Below, piece after piece: positions 24,658 through 37,900 of a stretch of 64,000 nt of DNA. Each line of letters begins with the position of its first letter. Position 1 is the first letter of the stretch. This DNA comes from Lama glama (taxonomy: Eukaryota). The notes under the pieces were generated by a model, which had not been told where the DNA came from, did not search any database, and saw only the letters and a program-made list of their open reading frames with translations. The stretch covers positions 54,500,001-54,564,000 of the forward strand of contig CM052817.1 of the NCBI GenBank assembly GCA_028534125.1, written 5' to 3'. The position numbers and the translations under genes are program-made.

Positions 24658-25664
24658 AGTTTTTACAGTGGTTTTCCCCATATTTTAAACATTATATTAT
24701 TTCATTAAAGATCTTAAAAATTTTGAGGCAAATAATATTGTCTGTTCTTGATGGCTAAAATACATACAATTTCATATGCTTTCTGCATATATTTAAATTT
24801 GACTTTTAAATTATACTTATTTTAATGGAACTACACTTTCTTTTATGCTTTCAGCTTTATATGTTCCAATTTACAGAGTCAATCTTGATTCTTTCTTAAG
24901 TTTATTTTTCTCAGTATATATTTTTAATAAAAAGCATTGCTTGAATCCATCAAATTTAAGGTTTTGTTATTCAGTCCTAAAAAGAAACGTGGCATAGTAT
25001 AAGGTGAATTCAGAATGGAACAGAGGGCAATTCTGTAAAGCATACTCAGAATTTCATTATACTTGTCAAAGGTTGGAGAGCATATGGCTAGGATGTTGAC
25101 TGGATGCTACTGTTTGATACAGTAAACGTGAAGGTGTAATACATTGGTAAATATGGACCAAGATGGAAGGATACCTTACTGATTCCTAAGCAAATAAAGC
25201 TAGTGTTGTTTCTAGAAGGCATATGTATACCATTAACAGAGAGAAAATGTTGGAAAGGGGACATAAATAACTTGGGTATGGTTGTGGTAGATCCTTCCAC
25301 AAATTAGTGTTCAGGGTTTTTCTAATCTATTATTAATATTCAATGCTCTACCTTGATAAGAAGTTTGGGATAAAATCACAATGAGTGCTTTACGAGTAGA
25401 TAGCTGATTTTCTGTGTGTTTCATGCTTCTATTTTGCATCTGACAGTTACATTTTTTCTCTAAGTGTTGAGACAATATTTAGGGAATTTGTAAAAGTGCA
25501 GCTATGAAAATTCATTAAAGAGGCCATCCATGACATGGTTAGAATTTTGGTAGCCAATTTTTCATATTTGGAAGTGCTTGTTAGATGACTTAGTACTTTG
25601 ATATAAACTGAATGTAAAATAATGCCTTTTTCCTTTTCACTAGTCACACTGTAAGCCTAATCTA

Positions 25665-26017
25665 TTTTTTTTTTATTGAAGTATAGTCTACAATGTTGTG
25701 TCAATTTCTGGTGTACAGCATAATGTTTCAGTCTACATGTACATATACAACATACTCGTTTTCAAATTATTTTTAATTATAGGTTACTATATTGAATATA
25801 GTTCCCTGTTCTATATAGTATAGCCTTATTTTTTATCTATTTTATATATAGTAGTTAGTATCTGCTAATCTTGAACTCCCAGTTTATCCCTTCCCACTTG
25901 CTTTCCCCTCTGGTAACCACAAGTTTGTTTTCTATGTTTCTTAGTCTGTTTCTGATTTGTAAATAAGTTTTTTTGTCTTTTTTTAAGATTCCACATATAA
26001 GTGATATCGTATGGTCT
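25665..26017 (-). mobile_element. Artiodactyl-type L1 3' end
   Basis: Poly(T) then attgaagtatagtc...tacaatgttgtgtcaatttctggtgtacagca...attgaatatagttccctg...ggtaaccacaagtttgttttctatg...agattccacatataagtgatatc. Confidence 0.9.
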
Positions 26018-26179
26018 TTATGTTTTCTATTCTAGAGTGAATGAGTTTTTGAGACAAGTAAAGGGACTGGAAAATAGAGTTTGGGGAATGGGATGAAAGA
26101 TGAAAACAATGAAATAAACAAAAGTCAGCAAATTGTTTTTGTTTTTTTTGAATATTGAATGAACTTAAAATTTTTGGAA

Positions 26180-26302
26180 ATGAAGAAAAGAATGAAAGGA
26201 AGGGAGAAAAAAGAGAAAAAGAAAGAAAGGAAAAGAAAAAAAAGAAAGAGGAGAATGAGAGGGAAGGAGGAAGGAAGGAAGGAAGAAAGGAAAAAAGGGA
26301 AA
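26180..26302. repeat. Purine-rich (GA) low-complexity tract
   Basis: gaaa/ggaa-rich run, which explains the K/E/R-rich ORFs 26155-26397 and 26159-26362. Confidence 0.9.
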
Positions 26303-27504
26303 CTTTTTGGTTATTTTATTTTTCCAAGGTCACAGATTTATTATTTGAGTATACAAATTTAGATTTTGTAGAGAAAAAAAGTATGGTGTTGTGCTGATGG
26401 AACTCATACACTATAATAGATAATACACCAACATTCTCTATATTGTGAGACTTGTGTTAGGGGATATTTTTTGTTCCTGCAATTAGTGCTTTGTGTGCCC
26501 TAATTAACTCAATGACCATCATTAGAGGGTATTATTCACAACCTTAAAAAAAACGCATTTTAGTAAATTGTGCATATAAATGCTACATTATGAAGTAATT
26601 CTTTTTACTCTCTTTTTATTGACTTGAATACTGTTGATGGTGATGATAATAAATTAACAATGATTTATTTTGTGCGTAATATGTAACAGATATAGTGCCT
26701 TTTCATCTTAACAAATCAGTGGGGTAAATATTCAGTTCTAATTTTGCAAAGACAGAAGCACAAACAAATTATTTTATCTTTCATAAAAATTATAAACCTT
26801 ATAACAAGAATTTTGAGGGATTCGATCAAATACTTTGGGGGATTTCCCATGCTTTTTCTATTATACCACATTTGCGTCCTTAAATGCAAAGTTAACAGAT
26901 GTAAATGAAGAAAATGGTAGAGTAGTTACATGCCTAAAGTGTCTTGTCTTTAGAACACTAAAAATGGATTCTTTTAATTGTAATATAATAATAGGTTATG
27001 GTTAAATGGTATTTCTTCTTTGGAGCTGTATTTGGAACTGAAAAATCAAAGGTCATCCATTCAAATTTATTTAGAATTATTATGCATTATTTTAGGTCTT
27101 GGAGCAGAAAAATTACAAAATAGCTCACACAAAATAACAATTATTTTGCATAAATTTTATCCTTCAACAACTGTGTGAGGGTGGAAGGCAGGTTATCCTC
27201 ATTTTACATGAAGAAATTGGGGGAAAATAGTGTTCTTCTGAATCATAATGGAAGGACATACACTTGAAAAGATACTATATTTGAGATTAAGAACAATGCA
27301 CATTCATTCCTAATGAATCCCAATAATTTGGCCACTAGAGGTTTCTGAAAATTGGAAGACGTTGTTTTCTATTTGTACAAGTCATGTGATTTGGGGTACA
27401 TATAGTTGGAAGTTTTGTGGGAGACCAAAAGCTTTCTAATTTGATGACTTGGATGACCTACTCAGGGGACAGAGAATGTTGGCTAAATAAAATTCCATTT
27501 ATTA

Positions 27505-27690
27505 ATGAGGCAGCCTTGCCTAGATGTGGAAAGTTCAGGAGCTCTGGAGTCAAATATATATGTATTTACAACCTGTGTATCTTTGGGAAATTACCTAGAT
27601 CTCTCAGAGCTTCCGTCTCTTTGGATGATACTAAATGTATGGCAGTAATACTTAATGTTTAAAGTGTTAGGCATATAGGAAGTTTCCAAT
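27505..27690 (+). mobile_element. MIR SINE
   Basis: aggagctctggagtcaaa...ctgtgtatctttgggaaattacctagatctctcagagcttccgt. Confidence 0.65.
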
Positions 27691-28039
27691 CACGCTCATT
27701 CTATCCTTGTCAGTTCCCTTTACTACTTGTTTGATCTATGCTGTTTTCAGATTCTAGGCCAGAATTTCCTTCTCTTTTTCCCTCCTTACTCAAATTATAG
27801 ATCTCATAAGGCATTGCTTCAATCTTTTTCAAAGTATTTCAGTGGTATACTTATATGAGTGATTGTCATGGAAAATATGAAAATGTTTATGTCAGGATTA
27901 AGCCAGTTTCCCTATTTCCCTATCTTGCCCACTATTCTTTAGAACTTCAATGGAACTAACTTGTTCCTCCCTTTTAGATGGGATAAAGGGAGGAGAGATG
28001 CTTATGCAATATGTAGAGTTGACAGAAAGGAAAGCAAAA

Positions 28040-28104
28040 GGCAAAAAGGAGAGAAGTGAGATGGGGAGAGAGAGAGAAAAAGAGAGAGAGGGAAAAGAGA
28101 GAGA
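28040..28104. repeat. GA-rich simple repeat
   Basis: gagagagagagaaaagagagagagggaaaagagagaga. Confidence 0.85.
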
Positions 28105-29054
28105 TCTTCCTGTTGACCACGGTAATCCCTCTTATTGAACAAGAAGCAAGAAATTTGACTGGGAAGCTTTAGAGAATTTTAGTAGGAAGAATTTGCAGAG
28201 GTAAGATGAGAGAAAACTCTTAGTATATCACTATGAAATAGATAAGAATTTCTCCTTAGATGTACTGAGAGTAATTAGTTACATAAACAAAAACTAAGAT
28301 CAATAACTGTGAAGTAGCTTATTTCAAAACAATTAGCTATTATCTGTCATGGTTGAACACAGATCAGCTGTAGAGAGAGTCTATTCTGGAGAGTTTCTGA
28401 ACACAAGTACTGGTGTTCAACTCTGACATTACATCTCAACATTATACTAATACCTAACTTTGACTCTTCAGTAAATTAGGTAAATTACAATTAGTGTATT
28501 AAAAATTCCATTTGCTTGAATGTTGTGATTATCTGGTTTTTAAAAATTCCACACTAAAAAAGCTTCAGGAAGCTAACTTAAGCTACCAAAAACTCAACAA
28601 ATAATCAATAATCAGGAACCTTTGAATTCAGAGAAAAAAGATTTTTGGACTGTTGATAGCTACTATTATGACAATTTTTTTTTAAATACAGAATATCCAA
28701 ACGAGATTAGGAAAGCAACTGAACTTTTCTGAGCACTAACTTTGTGTCAGACATTGCGGTATTATAAATTATCTTAGCTAATTGATTAGGCAACATCATT
28801 GCTTTAAAACCAGTCTCTTAAAATCCATGCAATAGCAGGAGAGAAGTTACCAGTGACTGAAAGGAGTTTTTAAGTGAGAAGAAAAATGCAAAGGTACTGT
28901 TACATTCTCAGAGTTTCTTAATACTTTCAAATTCTTTACTTAAATGGTTTTCTCTGTCCCCAAATTTTAGGAGCACTTTTGTTTGGCTACATAAAGATAC
29001 AACTATGCCAGGAATAGATTAGTGCCATTACCCATTCTGGAAATTCGCTATGCC

Positions 29055-29137
29055 AGATATATTTCCTTGGTGCTCACGTGTAACTTCCATTAGCGTTAAT
29101 GAGAGTTGCATTCATGCATGGAGTAGAGAATAGATCC
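29055..29137. mobile_element. MER135-like ancient palindromic element
   Basis: Imperfect palindrome cgtgtaacttccattagc|gttaatgagagttgcatt with outer arm gagaatagatcc, resembling the recalled MER135 hairpin consensus. Confidence 0.65.
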
Positions 29138-30289
29138 ATTATCTTTAAAGGGCAGTTTCCCTTTTAATACATTGCTCAAGTTTTATTACATGTTTCCTTT
29201 TAGTTTATATTATGGAGTCCCACTTCTTCGTTTATAGAAAGTGGCATATAACCATGGGATGAAACACTATTTTTGGAGGCTTCTTCTAGACAGTTTTAAG
29301 GCCATGAAAGTATGGAAGAATTATCTTTTAAAGTTCCTGTTCTTATAAGACAGGGACTATCATAGATTCATTTAGAACCAATAAAACAGTATAGATTTAA
29401 ATCAAACAACCATTCCAGTAATTACTGAATCAATTATTGATATTTGCAATCATTTTCAAGCTTACAGGAATCAATTTCCCCAGCAACTTAATTTGAATAG
29501 AAGGACAAGGAAGCTGTTAATGAAAACTTAGGCATTTCTATAATGTTGGGTCAAATTATATAGTCTCAAGTAAAAATATTTTGGATTTTTTTCTTGTAGA
29601 TTGAGTCTTTAAAAAGAGAAAGGAAAGGAGTGGGTTTGTTTTTTTGATGAATTTACATGGGTGGATTTAAATAATGATGGGAAATAATCATGAAGAAGAT
29701 CATCCAGTTATCTTCTATACTCTTCTACTTCCATATGAATTTCCTCTTAGACATTCCCTCATCACTGGTATGTGTGATGAAATGAGCTAGCCTTCAAAGA
29801 GGTAATTTTTTATTTTCTGTCTCATGTACTAGACAAAAATTTGTTCAACCAATGTATTTACAAGCACTCTGTGAAGAGTCTTTGCTGCTATCCTCTTCAG
29901 ATAATTTTTTTCTGCATCCTGCCTCTTGTCTTCCACTTTGAACCACTTTTTGCTTGTTTTTTCTTGTTTCTATCCTGTTAAATAACACCTGAATTTTTTC
30001 TTTCAAAATGTTTGCGTCCTTCTGGCTGGCTTTTTCAATAGACTAGATCTTAGAAATGTTGCCATTAGAGCACCTTCATATATGCCACATACTACAAACG
30101 GTTAGTATTTTAATGCTGCTCTCAATGCCATTATGCCCTGTATCACTGTGTACATCTATCACCAAATTCCCGTGATTCTCTCATTGCCATATTTCATTTC
30201 CATGTGGTTCTGTATATCTCTTAACCTCTTTCTCTTCATCACACAAAAGACTTACACTGTGACCTCTGGAGCCTTGATTTTAGTTGGAT

Positions 30290-30690
30290 ACATCAGTGCC
30301 TAGAGTAAGATAATATATTGTCTAGTTTTCCTTGCAATAGGGATTGTCATGCAACTAATTCTAACTAATGTGATATAAATGGATCTGTTACATGAGATCC
30401 TGTGTAGCTTAAAGAGAACTGACACGTGAAAGAGCTCCTTTCATGAAAACCTGACTTTCTTATTTCTAGCTTGAATTTGCATGTATTTGCTGGATTAGGT
30501 CTCATCTGGACAATAGGTGACATTGAGACTGAAAAACACGTGCCAGGATAGCAGACCATAAATATGTGAACTTGAATAATATTTTGATTATCTACCTCAA
30601 GAATTGTTTTGTATGAGATACAAATAAGCTTACATGGTTTTAAATTTGATTATATATTTTGGTTCCTCTGTTATGTACAGACAAAAACAA
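30290..30690 (+). mobile_element. Old MaLR LTR fragment (MLT1J-like)
   Basis: ttccttgcaatagggattgtcatgcaactaattctaactaatg and tttgtatgagatacaaataagct. Confidence 0.45.
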
Positions 30691-30925
30691 GTCCCTACTG
30701 ATATACCTCCCAAACCTGCTCATTCTTTAGTCTTTCTCTTACATGGCAATTTTCCTTTCCCAGTTTCTTATGCTCAAACCCCTGAAGACATCCCTGATAC
30801 TCTTTCTCACAGCTTTCTGCTAATATGTAGAAAACCCTATAGGCTCTACCATCAAAACATATCCAGAATCTGACTACTTCTCATCGTGTCTACTCTATCA
30901 TCCTCTTGATTTAAGCAACTTGTAT
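30690..30925 (+). mobile_element. L2 fragment
   Basis: cccaaacctgctc...tgctcaaacc...catccctgatactctttctc...ctctaccatcaaaacatatccagaatctgactacttctca. Confidence 0.75.
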
Positions 30926-31848
30926 CTTTTGATTTTCTCTATTGTTTCTCTTCTGTTTTAAATTTTATTGATTTCTGTTTTTGTCTTTATTATTTCCTTT
31001 CTTCCCCTTGTTTATATTTATATAGTTGTTATTTATTCAATTTCTGGAGATAGAAAATGTAGGGGAAATGATTTTCCCTATAGCTGTCTGAATCTTAGCT
31101 GAGATCCCTGTAATAAAAAACAGATTAATAAGAGAAAAAAAAAACAGATTAACAAGAGAAAAACAAACAGAAGCATGGGAGATACCTAGGGAAAAATGAG
31201 TAACTTAAATAAGTGGTTTAGAATTCAAGCTTGAGTACCATCTTAATAGGGAAACAGTAGTGGTTTGTAGGTTTCTTAGGGAAGAGTAGATAATTTTTAG
31301 GAGAGATGAATAGGCCCTTAGAAGAACAGATGGAAAGTACGATATTTTATGACAGTTATTCTGGGTGTGGTGTCAACTTTTAGTCTCATCTCCTATGATA
31401 AATGTCAATCTTCCATTGCTGATGAGACTCCTGGGCAGAGAATTTATGACAACTGAGTTCCTTTTTGAGGTTCTGTCTTCAGGTAGATGAGGGGAGTTCA
31501 GAAAAAGCCTCTCCCTGTATTTGCTATATTTCAAGTGTCTACAGTTTAAAATAATCAGTATCCAAAGCTGACATATTTTGGGGAGGTATACTGTACTTCC
31601 TGTCAAAGTTTAGTTTACAGATTTTTATATCCTCCATTCCTATATGAATATCTGATGGCATAATTTTCAGACCTTAGCTTTTTTCCTCAAATTTTAATTG
31701 TTGTATTTTCATTTTCATTTAGTTTAAAACAAATTCTAATATCCCTTGATAGACTCTGTTTAATTAGAGTATGCTATTAACTTCCAAATATTTGGAGAAT
31801 ATTCTAATATCTTTTTATTGTTTATTTCTAGTTTACTTCCATTATGGT
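30926..31848 (-). mobile_element. Old L1M ORF2 fragment, interrupted by an LTR at 31058-31605
   Basis: T-rich ttgattttctctattgtt...ttgatttctgtttttgtctttattatttcctttctt, and after the LTR gttgtattttcattttcatttagttt...aacttccaaatatttggaga. Confidence 0.7.
31058..31605 (-). mobile_element. ERV1-type solo LTR (MER34-family-like)
   Basis: TG...CA termini; cagattaacaagagaaaaacaaac, catgggagatacc, and end tttaaaataatcagtatccaaagctgacatattttggggaggtata...cctgtca. Short internal duplication of aaaacagattaaYaagagaaaaa. Confidence 0.75.
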
Positions 31849-31849
31849 G

Positions 31850-32888
31850 ATTCTTGTTCCAGGTAAAAGTAGTAAGCATATTTTACCCAGTTTCTTCTCT
31901 TGAGTGAACTATAAAACTTGGACACAATGTATGAAGCAGTGATCTGAAGACTCTGAAAATTAAATAGAAGCAAAAAAAAAAAAAAAAAAAACCAAAAAAG
32001 ACCAAGAATTTTAGTAACATTTGGATTGGTAGTGAATTTACAATTTTCCCCCAGTTATTTCCTAGCCTAGTCTCAAGGCAATCTGAAATTCAGAAATGGA
32101 CATCAGCACAGACAGAAAGCACTAGGAGAAGCACTCTATTACATGGTTGATGGGCAGGAAAGAGATCTGGTAGTAACAGTGGGATAGCACTGGCCAACTA
32201 GTGCCCAGAACTGAGAGGTAGGAGCTGTGTTCCCAAGGGGGTGGGGTTAACCCTGGTTGCTGTTCTCTCTCTCTATCCTACTATGATTCTACTCCACATC
32301 AGGAAGTGTGTGAGATAGTCAGGTAAATAGAGGCCCAGCTTTCTGCATGGAAGACTGGAAAAGGGAGCCTCAGTGAACTGAAAAGTACCAGGGGAATCAT
32401 GGAGAGGAAGGAGCTTAAAAAAGCAACTTGTATAAATTTATTATGAACTCTTGAGATTACCCCTGAGATATATATATCTGTGATCCTAAATAGCATACCA
32501 ATAACTTTGAGCAATGAACTAAGGGGTAGATACTTACTCAAGTCCTAGGCTGACCAATGAGTGACAAACACACGGGACAGATCCAAATAATACTGTATAG
32601 GCTTTAAAAATAGAACAACCTATGGAATGTTGGTCAGATCTTGAAACCTGTACCCACTGATCTTGAAACCCAGACCTGCTAAAACAAAATCATCAGGAAT
32701 ATCCAGAGTGTTTAAATAAGATCCAAACTCTCATAACATAATATTGAGATTGTCAAAGGTAAAATCCAAAAATACTCAGCACATGAAGAATCAGGAAAAT
32801 CACAACTCACATAGAAAAGACGATCAACAGACTCCAACCTCAAGATGTTGGAATTGTCTACAAAGACACTAAATCAGCTATTTTAAAA
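31850..32888 (+). mobile_element. Old L1M 5' UTR and ORF1 start
   Basis: aactataaaacttggacacaatgtatgaagcag...tctgaagactctgaaaa, then aatccaaaaatactcagcacatgaagaatcaggaaaat...caagatgttggaattgtc...cagctatt. Confidence 0.65.
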
Positions 32889-34368
32889 CCAGTGGGTAGA
32901 TGATATCAATATGACTTTTTACTATTGGTATTGATCTTGATCACTTGTACCAGATTAAATANNNNNNNNNNNNNNNNNNNNNNNNNNNNNNNNNNNNNNN
33001 NNNNNNNNNNNNNNNNNNNNNNNNNNNNNNNNNNNNNNNNNNNNNNNNNNNNNNNNNNNNNNNNNNNNNNNNNNNNNNNNNNNNNNNNNNNNNNNNNNNN
33101 NNNNNNNNNNNNNNNNNNNNNNNNNNNNNNNNNNNNNNNNNNNNNNNNNNNNNNNNNNNNNNNNNNNNNNNNNNNNNNNNNNNNNNNNNNNNNNNNNNNN
33201 NNNNNNNNNNNNNNNNNNNNNNNNNNNNNNNNNNNNNNNNNNNNNNNNNNNNNNNNNNNNNNNNNNNNNNNNNNNNNNNNNNNNNNNNNNNNNNNNNNNN
33301 NNNNNNNNNNNNNNNNNNNNNNNNNNNNNNNNNNNNNNNNNNNNNNNNNNNNNNNNNNNNNNNNNNNNNNNNNNNNNNNNNNNNNNNNNNNNNNNNNNNN
33401 NNNNNNNNNNNNNNNNNNNNNNNNNNNNNNNNNNNNNNNNNNNNNNNNNNNNNNNNNNNNNGGTTCCCTTTTCTCCACAGCCTTTCTTACTTTCTTATAC
33501 TGTAATATGCACAGGACTCATCTTGTATTTTCTGAGTTCCAGCCTTAGAATAAGTCATTTCTTCAAAGCCCTAGTTCTTTTTGGAATTAGGTATTTAGAA
33601 AGCAGATCTAGGTGTGAGGTGTGCTTATTGTTACTAGATGTCAGTTTTTAGGTCCTTAGCTGATAAAGCTAGGAAGTACATGTGTATGTACCAGCCCATG
33701 TATACATATGTATCTATGTTACTGAACCTATATTAAAATAAAAATAAGTTCATACTGACATCTCTGAAACTAAACCAGCACTGTGACGTTCATGATAGAC
33801 TTTCTTCCTTGCTTGTTTGTAACTATATTCTCTGGCAGTGAGAAACTAGGTCCCCCATTATGTACAATTTAATTAATTATATGTTTAACCCTATATACAT
33901 GTAAAGTAGTTTTAGAATTGCTAATCCATATCTCTTTGAGAGATAAATTTACCAGTAAGACTACTGGTTGTATATGGTTCTTTTTGTCTTTAGCCTTATA
34001 GAATCCAGTCAAAACATTGTTTTAAAGTTATTTAAGTCAGCTTGTTTATTTCCTCACCCCCTTCAATGAAGTTGTGTCATACATTTGTAATGTAATTTGA
34101 CTTTTTGTTCACAGTCTACATCCATCCTGAAATCTGATATGCTGGTTGATGTTTTTAAAATTTGCTAATAAGAGACTTCAGTCTTGTATATAATTCTGTG
34201 TATCTTGGCAAATGCCTAGTCTTGTATCTGACACCCCAGTACTATGTAGAAAATGTCATCACCTTAAAATTTTCTTCTGCAGACCCTTTGAAGGCAACTG
34301 CTTCCTGTACTCTCAAACTCTGGTATGACTGATCTTTTTCCATTCCTAAAATTTTGCCTTTTCCAGAA
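32889..34368 (-). mobile_element. L1MC/L1MD-type 3' UTR spanning the gap
   Basis: ttgatcttgatcacttg before the gap; after it caggactcatcttgtattttct...cagccttagaataagtcatttcttcaaagccctagttc...tatttagaaagcagatctaggtgt. Confidence 0.75.
32962..33461. other. Assembly gap (500 N)
   Basis: Run of exactly 500 n, probably a placeholder length. It lies within L1 sequence. Confidence 0.99.
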
Positions 34369-35400
34369 TGGGTCATGTGGTAACTATATATTTAATCTTT
34401 TGTGCAACTGGCCAACTGTTTTTCAAAGTGACTGCACCATTTTACATTTTCACAAGCAGTGTATATGGATTCCACTTTCTTCCCATACTCACTAACATTT
34501 TTATTTTCCTTTATTTTGATTTGAGTCATTCTAATGGGTGTGAAGTGGTATCTCATTTTAGTTTTGATTTACATTTTCCCCGATGACTTTTTCATATGCA
34601 TATTGGCCATTTGGATATCTTCTTCGAAGAAATGTTTATTCAGTTCATTTGCCCATGTTTTAAATTGGTTTATTTCACTTTTTATTGTTGAAATATAATA
34701 GCTTTTAATATGTTCTGGATAATAGACCATTATCATATATATAATTTGCAAAATTTTTCTTCCATTCTTTATGTTTTCTTTTCACCTTCTTGTATTATCC
34801 TTTGAAGTATGAAAGTTTCAAATCCTGATGAAATCCAGTTTATTTATTTTTTCTGTAGTTGAGTGACATGCCTTAGAATATCACTGCCTAATCTAAGGTC
34901 TCGAAGATTTATGACTATATTTTCTTCTATAGTTTTATAATGTTAGGTCTTACATTTAGGTCTTTGATCTATTTGGAGTTAATTTTTATATATAGTGTGA
35001 GATACATGTTCAACTTCATTCTTTTGAACATGGCTGTGCAGTTGTCTCAGCACCATTTGTTGGAAAAAACTATTCTTTTCTCAATGACTTGCCTTGTAGA
35101 TAATCAGTTGACATTAAATGTATGGGTTTATTTCTGAACTGTCAATTTTATTTTGTTAATCTCTCTATATATATACTTATGTTAATGCCACACAGTATTG
35201 TTTACTGTAGCTTTCTAGTAAGTTTTGAAATCAAGAAATGGAAATTCCCCAGCTTTCTTCATTTTTCAATATTTTTTGGTTATTCGAGGTCTCTTGTATT
35301 TCCTTTTAAATTTTAGGTACAGCTTGTCAATTTCTATAAAAAAAAGGCCATTTGGGGTTTTGACAGAGATTGTGTTTCCTCTATAGATCAATTTTGGGTT
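34369..35400 (-). mobile_element. L1M ORF2 3' region (degenerate)
   Basis: tgtgaagtggtatctcatt...tttgatttacattt, ttggccatttggatatcttcttcgaagaaatgtttattcag, cttacatttaggtctttgatctatttggagttaatttt, cagcaccatttgttggaa. Confidence 0.9.
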
Positions 35401-37302
35401 TTACATCTTTTTAAGCCTTTTTTTTTCCAACCTAGCTTATCCTGTAGACTGATAAATTATTTAAATCCATTACAATGTCATGACAGAGGAATGCAAGGAG
35501 ACAGGTTGTGGGGTAAGAAAGATAACATAAGATGGTAGTTTATAAGACATGGTGAGAAAAGTGGTTAGGAGAATGCATTCAGTGGAATGTTCTAGAGTAG
35601 TGATTTCCATATACTTGTGGAGTACTGTTTTCACTGTGAAAAATTATTACCTTTGCCTTGAAGCTGCATATGATAAGTCTAAAGGACTTGTAAATTCAGA
35701 AATTATGTTTCTCTTACTTTTTAGTGTAATGGTGTCACTTAAAAATATTATTATGTTGAAATGTCATATTTTAATATGATGTGTTTGCCAGCTCTATATT
35801 GGTTCCATCAGTATTTAGTTTCTTTATTTTAGTTCCCTAAAAGCTTCACATTCTGGAATATATTCTTTAAAAGTTCCCTTTATCAGTCAAGATTCTCAGT
35901 TGTAAGAAACAGAAAACATTTGAAAAGGAGAATGAATTCTTTAAAGGGATATTGGATATTTCATTACCTCTCAAGGAGGGCAGAAAATTATGGCAGACGC
36001 TTCAATTGTGACCACACTGGTCACATATACTAATTCTAGCCTATGCCACAGGAAGTTTCCAGAAGACCTTGATAATCACATTCTGAGAATATGAATCTGC
36101 CACCATATTTTAGTGTTAAAAGCTGGCGCTTATAATGGAGACTTTTTAAGTCTCCAGTTTAGTTTAAAGCTCTCTGTGATCATTCAATTAAATTAGACAA
36201 ATGTGCATTGACCACCCACTATGAGCTCTTGGCTTGGCTCCAATCATGAGTCCTGCTATGTTTGACTTGGCTTGCAAACAACTTAGCCATGTTAAATGTG
36301 TTTCCTTGCCTACCGTGAATGAGTAAGGGGAGCTCTCTGACTCTGCTGGGTTTTGATACTAAACAGCACATCCCTGAGAGCCCTGCTGCACCTGATGTAT
36401 ACACAGAGACTGGAAACAGGAATAATTACAATCAGGCTTCTGCTGGCTGTGCTTAAGATCAACGAGTCAGCAGAATGCCAATCAGCGCATTTTTGCAGGA
36501 GCTTGTGATAGGAGCTACCCTCTCCTCACAGCAAGATGGCCAGTTTATGGGAAACAAACAACCCTTGCATGCTTTTCCAATCTGTAGTGTCCCAACTTAA
36601 AAAAACCACAACAAATTGTGAGTGCAAAAGTGGTTTCCTGTGGTGTTAAATATAAGAAATGTCTTCAAGATGTTGCACTTTATAGAGTTCTTCATGGCAA
36701 GTAGGCAAACCAGCTGAAGCAGAAAAACAATCAGCCTTTATGAATTTGTTTATGTGTTATGGTAAAGATCTTAGCCAAGAAGCATTGTGTGTTAATGGCA
36801 AATTTACTTCCGTATTTAGTGTCAGGTACAAAGTTTTCTGTGGTTCCTGAGAATGCTTTTATGTACATGAAAATAAGAAACTCTTTGTTGGTAACATAAA
36901 CTGTGTTAGTCATGGGAAAACCAAATGTCTGAGTGAAAATGGTTTATTTTTTAATGACATACTTATGTAATAGAGTTGGGTTTATTCTTAGTAAGTAGAT
37001 GCTTTACATTAAATTTATTTTGTAAATACACAAATATTTAGAAAGTAAATTTAATTCCTGACTTTTAGATGCAATAATTTTAAAAAATCATAAAATTATA
37101 GCAATTTTTAATGTGTAATGAAAGTAACTATGAGGAATTATTTAGAGAAGTTGAATATCTTCTGTGTGCTTTTGGGGTAAAAAAATAATTTTTAGAATAT
37201 ATTTTCCATTTGTATATGTACAGGTGCATGTTTGTGTGTGTGTATGATAAGGTAGTGATGACAATGTGCATTTTAAAAAATAAAAGGTAAAAAGTTGTCA
37301 GT

Positions 37303-37900
37303 ATTTTATTAGTTATCTATTACTGTATAACAAATTACTCTCTAAATTAGCTAATTAAAACTATAAACATTTATTATCTCGAGTTCTGAGGGTCAGTTTA
37401 ATTAGGTATTTCTAGCAATTGAGTTTTCTCATCTCTTGCAAGCAAGATGTCAGCTGAGGTTGTATTCATCTGAAGGCTTGAAAAGGGCTGAAAGAACCAC
37501 TTCCAGGATGGTTTAGTCAATATGACTGCTGATGTCAGCTGAGGTGGTATTCATCTGAAGGCTTGACAAGGGCTGAGAGAACCACTTCCAGGATGGTTCA
37601 TTCAGTATGACTGCTGTCTGGAGAAGGTCTTTGTTACTTACTGGCTATTGGCAGGATGCTTCACTTTTCTTCCTATGGACCTCTTCATGGGGGACCATGT
37701 ATATCCTCAACATGTAACAGCTAACTTCTCACAGAGGAAGTAATCCAACAGGGTGTGAAGTAGAAGCTACTTTTTTTTTTATCATCTAGTCTTGGAATTC
37801 ACACTGTCTTAGCCTTAATACTGCATTAGTTACATGTATCAGTTCTATCTAATGTGGCAGGAGTTATACAAGGCCATGAACAACAGGAAGTGGGGAATCC
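37303..37900 (-). mobile_element. MaLR solo LTR (MLT1F/G-like)
   Basis: tattagttatctattactgtataacaaattac...aaacatttattatctc...gtcagctgagg...catctgaaggcttga...cacttccaggatgg. Confidence 0.8.
37446..37615. repeat. 85-bp tandem duplication (2 copies)
   Basis: 37446-37530 and 37531-37615 align without gaps with 6 mismatches. Confidence 0.95.

Noticed and set aside
26155..26397. K/E/R-rich protein
   Set aside because: Translation of a GA-rich simple repeat.
32906..33548. Three ORFs of 186-207 aa
   Set aside because: Artefacts of translating the 500-N gap.
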